Below, piece by piece: positions 57,110-64,000 of a stretch of DNA of 64,000 nt. Location of the stretch: IMG/VR virus record IMGVR_UViG_3300037280_000040, positions 20,379 through 84,378 of that record; one strand, 5' to 3'. Numbering within the stretch: position 1 is the stretch's first letter; each line of letters begins with the position of its first letter. A program made the translations under genes and the position numbers. Source of the DNA: a virus. Taxonomy: Duplodnaviria; Heunggongvirae; Uroviricota; Caudoviricetes; Crassvirales. A model generated the notes under the pieces. That model was not told where the DNA came from, ran no database searches, and saw only the letters and a list, made by a program, of their open reading frames with translations.

Positions 57110-59814
57110 TGCAAACTTTCAGGATAATAGTTAACCAAACTACTCAATCCTATAATGTTGTTGTAAAAAATATCATAAGGTCTTATGTTATACAAGCAAA
57201 TAGTATAAGATGGAAAAGTTTAGGAGAAAGGGGACCAGCTGGTAGAGATGGTAAGTCTGCTTTTGAACTTTCTCAAGATGCAGGATTTACTGGCTCTTTA
57301 GATGATTTTACTAAAGCACAAAAAGGAAAAGATGGATATACTCCTATAAAAGAAGTAGATTATTTTGATGGTAGTAGAGGTGTAGATGGTTATACTCCAA
57401 TTAAAGGTAAAGACTATTTTGATGGACATACTCCAGTTAAAAATGTTGATTATTTTGATGGAAGAGATGGTAATACTCCTTATATACAAGATGGTAATTG
57501 GTGGATTAGTCAATTAGATACAGGTATTTCTGCTAATGGTATAGCAGGTATAAGTCCTAATATTGGGACTAATGGTAATTGGTTTATTGGTACTACAGAT
57601 ACTGGTGTATATGCACAAGGTCCTGCGGGTGACCCTACATTATTATTAGATGATACTCAAGTTAGTTTAACTAAAACTTATAGTTCTAGTTATATTAATA
57701 GTAACTATGAAAGAATTATAGGATTAGGTAATAGTAATCAATACTTTAATGGATTAAAACAATGGGTTAATTTTCCTACTATTCCTACTCAGTATACTGA
57801 TACAATGGCTAGAGCTGCACAATATACAGCTAATGGTACAACAACAGGATTACTTACTTATACAGACTTTTTAGTTTTTAATGCTAAAGTTACATTTCCT
57901 GGATTTGGTACTAGTCATGTTACAGCAGCTTATGGTGACCATAGCCATAGTGGAATATATCAACCAGTTGGAAGTTACCTTACTTCATATACCGAGACTG
58001 ACCCCATATTTACTGCTTGGAATAAGTCTACAGGAATTAGTATAACTAAATCACAAGTATTAGACTTCCCCACACAGTTATCCCAATTTACTAATAATTT
58101 AGGAAACTATGGGGGATATCTAACTAGTATTACCTCAAGTCAAATTACTACAGCTTTAGGTTTTACTCCATATAATGCTACCAATCCTAATAATTATATT
58201 AGTAGCATAACAAGTTCACAAATAACAAATGCACTAGGTAGTCAAACTGCTAATATGGTATATGCATCACCTAATGGAAGTGCAGGTAATCCATCATTCA
58301 GATATTTACAATCAGCTGATATACCAAGTGGAGTCAATGCATATATTTGGAATCAAACCTCTCAACAGTCAGCTACTATAAATGTAAGTGGTAGTGTAAC
58401 AGGGACTGGTGGCTTATTTAAAAGTGACTATTATATGTCATCTCCAAATGGGGGATTATTTATAACATCTAATGGAGGTTTTACAGGAGCAATAACTATA
58501 ACTCTACCTGCTTCAATAGGTGCTACTATGACAAGCATGTGGATAGATGTTTATAACTATGCTGCTGATACTAGCTTTTCTGTTCAAGTTGGTGGATATA
58601 CCTATACTGGGAATACATGGGCTAATAGTCCATTTGCTATAGTATATGGTGCTGATTATACAGTTAGATTAGGTCATAATGGGACTAACTTTGTGATTTA
58701 TATAGGTGAAACTTCTACAACATGGTCTTACCCACAAGTATCAGTAAGAGATATTATTTTAGGTTATGCAGCATCTACTACTAATTGGAAAAATAGTATA
58801 GGAGTATCATTTTCAACATCTTTTTTAAATGTTACTGCAACTTGTACAACAAAAGCATGGACAACTAAAAATTTTTCACCATCTAATTATTTACCTTTAA
58901 CAGGTGGTTCATTAAGTGGTTCACTAAATATAACTGGTTCTAATTGGCTTAATATGACAACAGCAACTTACTCTAATGTTGCTATACTTACAGGAAATTG
59001 GGTAGGTGCAGGTATATGGGGTTTTGGAAATGAAAATGGACATATTTTAAAATTTGACCAAGTTTCAGGACAAGCATTTCAAGGGGCAAGCGATATAACT
59101 TTAAAATTAGGAACTAAAACAGTTATTGATAGTAGTTCTATTGGTGCACAATCAGTAAACTATGCATCTACAGCAGGCAGTGCAGGTTATGCAGGAAGTG
59201 CAAATGGTATTAGTCTAGGTACAGCTATAACAAACCTAAACACATTCTATACATCAAATGGTAATTCAATCCAATTTGCCCAATATGGAGTTGGGACTAC
59301 TGGTATACCTACATTTAACAGTGCTGCATTCGATGGATTTGTTATGAATTTTAATTGGTATTCAACTAATGCTAATAGTTATGGCTCTCAAATTGCTTTT
59401 GGTAATGATAGTGCTAGTGGTCAAGAGGAGATTGCATTTAGAGGTCGCGATATAAATGGCAATCAAGGTACTTGGAAACAGATATTTCATAGTGGAAATA
59501 TTGCTAGTTTACAAACAGCATTTGGTACTCCTTGGACATCAGCTGGTTATTTAGCAAGTTCTGCAGCAAGTTATGTTACAAATGGATATCAGAAACTTAG
59601 TAATGGATTCATAATACAATGGGGACAAGCAACAGCAAACAATACAGTTTATTTCCCAGTTGCATTTACTACAAGAGTATTCTATATAGGTGGTAGCAAT
59701 ATATCAAACAATAATACAGAAGCATTCTCTATAACTAGTTTAACCCTATCTAGTTTCTACTTTAATGAGTATGGAAAGACAAATACTGGTAACTGGTTAG
59801 CTATGGGATATTAA
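57109..59814 (+). CDS. Tail fibre / receptor-binding protein with collagen-like repeats
   Basis: GERGPAGRDGKS and the repeats KGKDGYTPIKEVDYFDG, SRGVDGYTPIKGKDYFDG and HTPVKNVDYFDGRDG. The long C-terminal region is Ser/Thr/Gly/Asn-rich. Confidence 0.5.
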   Translation: MQTFRIIVNQTTQSYNVVVKNIIRSYVIQANSIRWKSLGERGPAGRDGKSAFELSQDAGFTGSLDDFTKAQKGKDGYTPIKEVDYFDGSRGVDGYTPIKGKDYFDGHTPVKNVDYFDGRDGNTPYIQDGNWWISQLDTGISANGIAGISPNIGTNGNWFIGTTDTGVYAQGPAGDPTLLLDDTQVSLTKTYSSSYINSNYERIIGLGNSNQYFNGLKQWVNFPTIPTQYTDTMARAAQYTANGTTTGLLTYTDFLVFNAKVTFPGFGTSHVTAAYGDHSHSGIYQPVGSYLTSYTETDPIFTAWNKSTGISITKSQVLDFPTQLSQFTNNLGNYGGYLTSITSSQITTALGFTPYNATNPNNYISSITSSQITNALGSQTANMVYASPNGSAGNPSFRYLQSADIPSGVNAYIWNQTSQQSATINVSGSVTGTGGLFKSDYYMSSPNGGLFITSNGGFTGAITITLPASIGATMTSMWIDVYNYAADTSFSVQVGGYTYTGNTWANSPFAIVYGADYTVRLGHNGTNFVIYIGETSTTWSYPQVSVRDIILGYAASTTNWKNSIGVSFSTSFLNVTATCTTKAWTTKNFSPSNYLPLTGGSLSGSLNITGSNWLNMTTATYSNVAILTGNWVGAGIWGFGNENGHILKFDQVSGQAFQGASDITLKLGTKTVIDSSSIGAQSVNYASTAGSAGYAGSANGISLGTAITNLNTFYTSNGNSIQFAQYGVGTTGIPTFNSAAFDGFVMNFNWYSTNANSYGSQIAFGNDSASGQEEIAFRGRDINGNQGTWKQIFHSGNIASLQTAFGTPWTSAGYLASSAASYVTNGYQKLSNGFIIQWGQATANNTVYFPVAFTTRVFYIGGSNISNNNTEAFSITSLTLSSFYFNEYGKTNTGNWLAMGY

Positions 59815-59893
59815 TATAGTGATAAATACATATACATATTCAGTTTAGTATTAATAAAATAATAAATAGCTTGTATATATAAAATATTTTTCT

Positions 59894-59901
59894 TATATTT
59901 G
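59894..59901 (+). promoter_or_regulatory. Promoter -7 box variant TAtaTTTG upstream of gene 59935
   Basis: TTTTTCTTATATTTGTATATT. Confidence 0.4.
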
Positions 59902-59934
59902 TATATTAATTTAATAAAATAATAAAAAAAGATT

Positions 59935-60210
59935 ATGGAAATTACAAAAACAAATGAAACTACTACTACAGAAGCTAATGTAATTATAGGTAGTATTATT
60001 TATACTTTTAACTATGTATCAAAGGATTCTAAAGTTCTAAGTTTAAATGGAAATGCAGTTATAGATAGTAAAAATATAGCTACTTTTAATGTATATCCTT
60101 CAGGGATTACATCTAATAGTAATATTAATTTTTCTGCTGATTGTACTATTGATAATAAAAAATTAATAGTAGGAGATGTAGATGATATCTATACTACAAT
60201 AAGTAAATAA
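59935..60210 (+). CDS. Hypothetical small protein
   Basis: ORF. Confidence 0.35.
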   Translation: MEITKTNETTTTEANVIIGSIIYTFNYVSKDSKVLSLNGNAVIDSKNIATFNVYPSGITSNSNINFSADCTIDNKKLIVGDVDDIYTTISK

Positions 60211-60233
60211 TTAATTAATTTTAAAAAGGGGAG

Positions 60234-60677
60234 ATGAAAAATTACAAAGTAAAAATGCTATTTGAAGGAGTATCAGAACTATTAAACTATTGTTATAAAC
60301 AAAACATTAAAAATATAGTTCTTACTACTAGATTGAATCAAAATTTAATTCTTTTAAAAGATGCTACAGAAATCATAGATAAATGTGTATCTCAAGAATT
60401 AAAAGACTTGGAAAAGAAAGCTTGGGAAGCTTTAGAATTAAAGAAAAAAGAAATGATTGAAGCAAAAGAATCAATTGATAATCTTAATTTCTTTGATGCT
60501 CTTAAATTACTATCTGAGGAAGAAAGAGAGAAACATACAGAGTTAATGAAAGAGTATGAGAAAGATATGGATAAAGAATATGTGATTAAACTTATTCTTA
60601 TTGATGTTGAAGATTTAAAAAATACATCAATTGACCCAAGATACTCACCTTTATTAGCTGAATTAATAACAAAATAA
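60234..60677 (+). CDS. Hypothetical protein
   Basis: ORF with a gggaga RBS-like element upstream. Confidence 0.4.
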   Translation: MKNYKVKMLFEGVSELLNYCYKQNIKNIVLTTRLNQNLILLKDATEIIDKCVSQELKDLEKKAWEALELKKKEMIEAKESIDNLNFFDALKLLSEEEREKHTELMKEYEKDMDKEYVIKLILIDVEDLKNTSIDPRYSPLLAELITK

Positions 60678-60678
60678 T

Positions 60679-61104
60679 ATGGAACTATTAGTTAAAAGAA
60701 TATATTTAGCTCCTGATTATACTATAGGTAAACTTAGTATAAATGGAGTTTATTTCTGTGATACCTTAGAAGATACTAACAGAGATATTAATAAAGATGG
60801 TAAGTTTGATAATAATGAAGCTAAAGTATTTAGTAAAACATGTATTCCTTTTGGAAAATATGAAGTAACTATGACTTACTCTAATCATTTTAAAAGAGTA
60901 TTACCTTTACTTATTAATGTACCTTCCTTTGCAGGAGTTAGAATACATTCAGGTAATGATGTTGAAGATACAGAAGGTTGTATTTTAGTAGGTAATAATA
61001 CTGCAAAAGGTAAGTTAACTACATCAAGAGTTGCTTCAGATAAGTTAAATCAATTAATAACAGAAGCTATTAAGACTGAGAAAGTTTTTATAACTTTAGA
61101 GTAA
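60679..61104 (+). CDS. Hypothetical protein with an H-x11-GC motif reminiscent of L,D-transpeptidase (YkuD-like) catalytic sites
   Basis: VRIHSGNDVEDTEGCILVG. Confidence 0.3.
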   Translation: MELLVKRIYLAPDYTIGKLSINGVYFCDTLEDTNRDINKDGKFDNNEAKVFSKTCIPFGKYEVTMTYSNHFKRVLPLLINVPSFAGVRIHSGNDVEDTEGCILVGNNTAKGKLTTSRVASDKLNQLITEAIKTEKVFITLE

Positions 61105-61139
61105 AATTAGTATTATAAATAATTTCAAAGTATAAGTAA

Positions 61140-61172
61140 AAAACTTAATGATTTGCATATATTAAGTTTTTT
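61140..61172 (+). terminator. AT-rich hairpin terminator, 10-bp stem aaaacttaat/attaagtttt, directly before a promoter box
   Basis: Perfect inverted repeat with an 11-nt loop followed by TT. The promoter box is at 61176-61183. Confidence 0.45.
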
Positions 61173-61175
61173 ACA

Positions 61176-61183
61176 TATCTTTG
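61176..61183 (+). promoter_or_regulatory. Promoter -7 box TAtcTTTG inside TTTTACATATCTTTGT, upstream of the scaffold gene
   Basis: Motif family match. Confidence 0.5.
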
Positions 61184-61212
61184 TTTAATAAATTAAAAAG
61201 GGAGAACAATTT

Positions 61213-62349
61213 ATGCCAGGATTTGATAAAATTGATGAATTAGATATTGAAAATATCTTTATGGATGAAACTGAATTAGGGTTTGAAGATAAAGATAAAG
61301 TAGATAATTCTGATGAAGATAAAGATAAAAAGATAGAAACTAATGAGGTGGATGAGAATAATTTATTCCCAACATCAGAGAGCGTAGTTAGTGAAGATAA
61401 AGACAACAAGGACAAGGAGGACACCAATCTTGAGAAAGATAAAGATAAACAAAGTGCTTCTCCCAACACCTACTCTTCTCTTGCTAAAGCTTTAAAAGAT
61501 GAAGGTGTCCTACCTGACCTTGATGATGATTTCTTAAAGACAGTTACTGATGCTGAAACTTTTGTTACAGCTATGGAGAAGCAAGTAGAGTCTAAACTAG
61601 AAGAATCACAAAAAAGAATTAAAGATGCTCTTGATAGTGGAGTAGAAACCTCAGAGATTAAATATTTTGAGAATACTATTAGTTATTTAAATGGTTTAAC
61701 TGAAGAGTTTATTTCTGAAGAAACTGAGCAAGCTACTAAACTTAGAGGACAATTAATATTTCAAGATTATATTAATAAAGGATTCTCAGAAGAAAGAGCA
61801 CAAAAGCAAGTAAATAAATCAATAGCTTCAGGTTCTGATATTGAAGATGCTTTAGAAGCATTAGTAAGTAATAAAGAACATTTTGTTGGTAAGTATGAAG
61901 ATACTATTAAAGCAGCTAGAACTGAAGTAGAAAATGAAAAGAAAGCTATTAAAAAAGAAGCTGCTGAGCTAGAAAAAAAGATATTAGAAACAGAGAAGCC
62001 TTTCTCTGATATAGTACTTAATAAAGATACAAGAAAGAGAATATTTGATAATGCTAGTAAACCTATTTTTAAAGATGAAGAAGGTAATTACTATACAGCT
62101 ATTCAAAAGTATCAAAAAGAAAATAAATCTGATTTCCTTCATAAAGTAGCTGTTATTTTTACCCTTACTGATGGGTTTAAAAATATGGATAACTTAATTA
62201 AAGGTGCTGTTAAAGCTGAGAATAGAAAGAGTATGAAAGAATTTGAGCATACTCTTATCAATAATAGCAGTTTATCTAATGGTAACTTAGAGTTTGTAGG
62301 AGGTATTGAAGATAAAGAGAAACATATAGGTCTAAGATTAGACGTATAA
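61213..62349 (+). CDS. Putative capsid scaffolding protein
   Basis: Highly charged protein with KDKDK repeats and long helices. It lies immediately upstream of the capsid gene. Confidence 0.5.
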   Translation: MPGFDKIDELDIENIFMDETELGFEDKDKVDNSDEDKDKKIETNEVDENNLFPTSESVVSEDKDNKDKEDTNLEKDKDKQSASPNTYSSLAKALKDEGVLPDLDDDFLKTVTDAETFVTAMEKQVESKLEESQKRIKDALDSGVETSEIKYFENTISYLNGLTEEFISEETEQATKLRGQLIFQDYINKGFSEERAQKQVNKSIASGSDIEDALEALVSNKEHFVGKYEDTIKAARTEVENEKKAIKKEAAELEKKILETEKPFSDIVLNKDTRKRIFDNASKPIFKDEEGNYYTAIQKYQKENKSDFLHKVAVIFTLTDGFKNMDNLIKGAVKAENRKSMKEFEHTLINNSSLSNGNLEFVGGIEDKEKHIGLRLDV

Positions 62350-62392
62350 TAATAAAGTATTTTATAAACAAGATTAAAAAAATTAATAAGAA

Positions 62393-63883
62393 ATGGCACA
62401 ATTAGGAAGATTCCAAACTTACGGTTTCAGCCACTGGAAAGGTCTTACTAAAGACAATCACTTAGGAGCTATATTCCAAAGAGCACCACAGAAAGCAACT
62501 AACTTAATGGTTCAGTTGTTAGCATTACAAAGAGGTAAATCTCTTGAAACTTATCTTTCTCAATTCCCTATTAAGGAATTTGATACAGATGAGGAATATA
62601 CTTGGGATGTTATTGGTAGCTCAAGAAGAAATATTCCTTTAGTAGAAGCTAGAGACCAAAATGGTAATGTTATCACTTCAGGTAATGCTGGTGTTGCAGG
62701 TGAACCTTTTTACTTAGTATTTAACGAGGATTGGTTTGCTGATGGTAATGTTATTGTAGGGGAAAAGAATGAAGTTTACCCATTGAGATTGCTTGCTGAA
62801 GGTAAAGCAGAAGGTTCTAATACAGTCTATAAGGTTGAACTTATGGGTGGAGTTATGACTGGTATGCCTTTTGATGAGTTAACCTTAGGTAAAAGATTTA
62901 GTGTTGAATACTCTCCAGTAGAAAGAGAAATGTCAAGAGGTGTAGGTGATGTAAGATTCAGCTCTCCAATTGCAATGAGAAATGAATGGTCTCAAATTAG
63001 AATCAAACATAAAGTTCCTGGTTCTATGTTGAACAAAAAATTAGCTATTGGTATACCTTTCTTAGATGAAAGTGGTAAGAAAGTAGTTGATAATATGTGG
63101 ATGCACCACGTAGATTACCAAGTAGAAACAACTTTTTCTGAGGAAAAAAATAATGTTACTATGTATGGTAGAAGTAATAGAAATAGAAATGGTGAATATT
63201 TGAACTTTGGTAAATCAGGTAATGTTATTAAACAAGGTGCTGGTTTAAGAGAACAAATGGAAGTATCTAATGTTATCTATTACAATAGATTCAGTTTAAA
63301 ATTAATTGAAGATGCTTTATATCAATTATCTTCTTCAAAATTAGCTTTAAATGACCGTGTATTCATTATGAAAACAGGGGAAAGAGGTGCTGCTCAATTT
63401 AGTAAAGTAGTATTAAATGAAGTATCAGGATGGACTGCATTCAAAATTAATGCTGATGCATTAGGAATGATTCAGAAAGTTCAATCACCTTTACATCAAA
63501 ATGCTTTAGCTGCTGGGTTCCAGTTCACTGAATTTAGAGCACCTAATGGGGTTACTGTAAAAGTAGAAGTTGATTCATTATATGATGATGAAATTAGAAA
63601 TAAAATTCAACATCCTGATGGAGGTCCAGCTGAATCATATAGATATGATATTCTTTATATTGGGTCTACTGACCAACCTAATATTCAGTTAGCTAGAATT
63701 AAAGGTCAAAATGATATTAGAGGTTATATTTGGGGTTTAAGAAATCCTTTTACTGGTGAAGTAAATAACTTTAATATGGCTCATGATGAAGATTCTGCTG
63801 TTATCCATAAAATGTGGACTGGTGGTGTATTTATCTTAGATGCTACAAGAACAATATCATTGATACCATCTATTCTTAGATAA
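62393..63883 (+). CDS. Major capsid protein (crAss-like, 496 aa)
   Basis: Its size and its position after the scaffold gene fit. A strong terminator follows. Confidence 0.55.
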   Translation: MAQLGRFQTYGFSHWKGLTKDNHLGAIFQRAPQKATNLMVQLLALQRGKSLETYLSQFPIKEFDTDEEYTWDVIGSSRRNIPLVEARDQNGNVITSGNAGVAGEPFYLVFNEDWFADGNVIVGEKNEVYPLRLLAEGKAEGSNTVYKVELMGGVMTGMPFDELTLGKRFSVEYSPVEREMSRGVGDVRFSSPIAMRNEWSQIRIKHKVPGSMLNKKLAIGIPFLDESGKKVVDNMWMHHVDYQVETTFSEEKNNVTMYGRSNRNRNGEYLNFGKSGNVIKQGAGLREQMEVSNVIYYNRFSLKLIEDALYQLSSSKLALNDRVFIMKTGERGAAQFSKVVLNEVSGWTAFKINADALGMIQKVQSPLHQNALAAGFQFTEFRAPNGVTVKVEVDSLYDDEIRNKIQHPDGGPAESYRYDILYIGSTDQPNIQLARIKGQNDIRGYIWGLRNPFTGEVNNFNMAHDEDSAVIHKMWTGGVFILDATRTISLIPSILR

Positions 63884-63894
63884 AAAAATTAATT

Positions 63895-63924
63895 AGTAGG
63901 GGATTAATACTCCCCTACTTTTTA
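63895..63924 (+). terminator. Intrinsic terminator after the capsid gene
   Basis: GC hairpin agtagggga-ttaatac-tcccctact followed by TTTTTA. Confidence 0.7.
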
Positions 63925-64000
63925 TAAAAAAATAAAAAACAAAATGGGAGAGGGAGAAAAAACAAAAAAGATTTAGATTTAGATTTAGATTTAAATGAAA

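Noticed and set aside
61185-61469. Minus-strand 94-aa Ser/Leu-rich ORF, and the KDKDK-encoding tandem repeats
   Set aside because: It is antisense to the scaffold gene. Its repetitive translation mirrors the scaffold gene's GAT/AAA codon repeats. This is coding low-complexity, not a CRISPR array or a separate gene.
63961-64000. Tandem hexamer gattta ×4 at the window edge
   Set aside because: It is probably the start of a DLDLDL-encoding low-complexity segment of the next gene, or simple AT slippage. It is too short and too close to the window edge to interpret.
1-64000. Possible alternative genetic code (TAG or TGA recoding, known in some crAss-like lineages)
   Set aside because: The large structural ORFs (terminase, portal, fibre, capsid) are uninterrupted in the standard code, and no suppressor tRNA (CUA or UCA anticodon) was found in the array.
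1-64000. Integrase, attachment site or prophage boundary
   Set aside because: No tyrosine or serine recombinase motif was seen. The tmRNA-like gene is complete and phage-like in composition, not a 3' fragment of host ssrA.

Overview
This 64 kb window is very AT-rich and looks like part of a crAss-like (Crassvirales-type) Bacteroidetes phage genome. Positions 1 to about 42,500 are transcribed on the minus strand and carry replication, nucleotide-metabolism and accessory genes. From about 43,800 to the end, genes run on the plus strand: a tRNA array, small genes, then large terminase, portal, tail-fibre, scaffold and major capsid genes. The two blocks diverge across a 1.3 kb ORF-free control region at 42,508-43,835.

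Replication and nucleotide-metabolism genes seen on the minus strand:
- ThyX, partial at the window edge.
- A P-loop nucleotide kinase.
- A family-A DNA polymerase split by a group I intron that carries an HNH endonuclease.
- dUTPase.
- A ribonucleotide reductase large subunit in three pieces. One break is a group I intron with a LAGLIDADG endonuclease. The other is a translationally coupled free-standing HNH gene.
- Two PD-(D/E)XK nucleases, a uracil-DNA glycosylase, a DnaG-like primase, an SSB-like protein, a DnaB-like helicase and an SF2 helicase.

Accessory content that stands out:
- An E1-like (ThiF/MoeB) protein directly adjacent to a JAMM/JAB metalloprotease.
- A eukaryotic-like Ser/Thr kinase, a PP2C phosphatase and a vWA (MIDAS) protein as three adjacent genes, followed by a PncA-like nicotinamidase and an SPFH-domain lipoprotein.
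- A membrane-anchored retropepsin-like aspartic protease.
- A GH73 glucosaminidase lipoprotein next to a holin-like small membrane protein.
- A complete tmRNA-like RNA with a G3:U70 acceptor stem, a CCA end and a non-canonical tag.
- Ten further tRNAs, four of them with non-canonical features.

Plus-strand transcription units are preceded by a conserved Bacteroidetes-type -7 promoter box, TAnnTTTG embedded in TTTTAC(A/T)TATCTTTGT. I also saw iteron-like AATGT arrays and several intrinsic terminators.

All calls come from reading motifs by eye. No searches or RNA folding were run.
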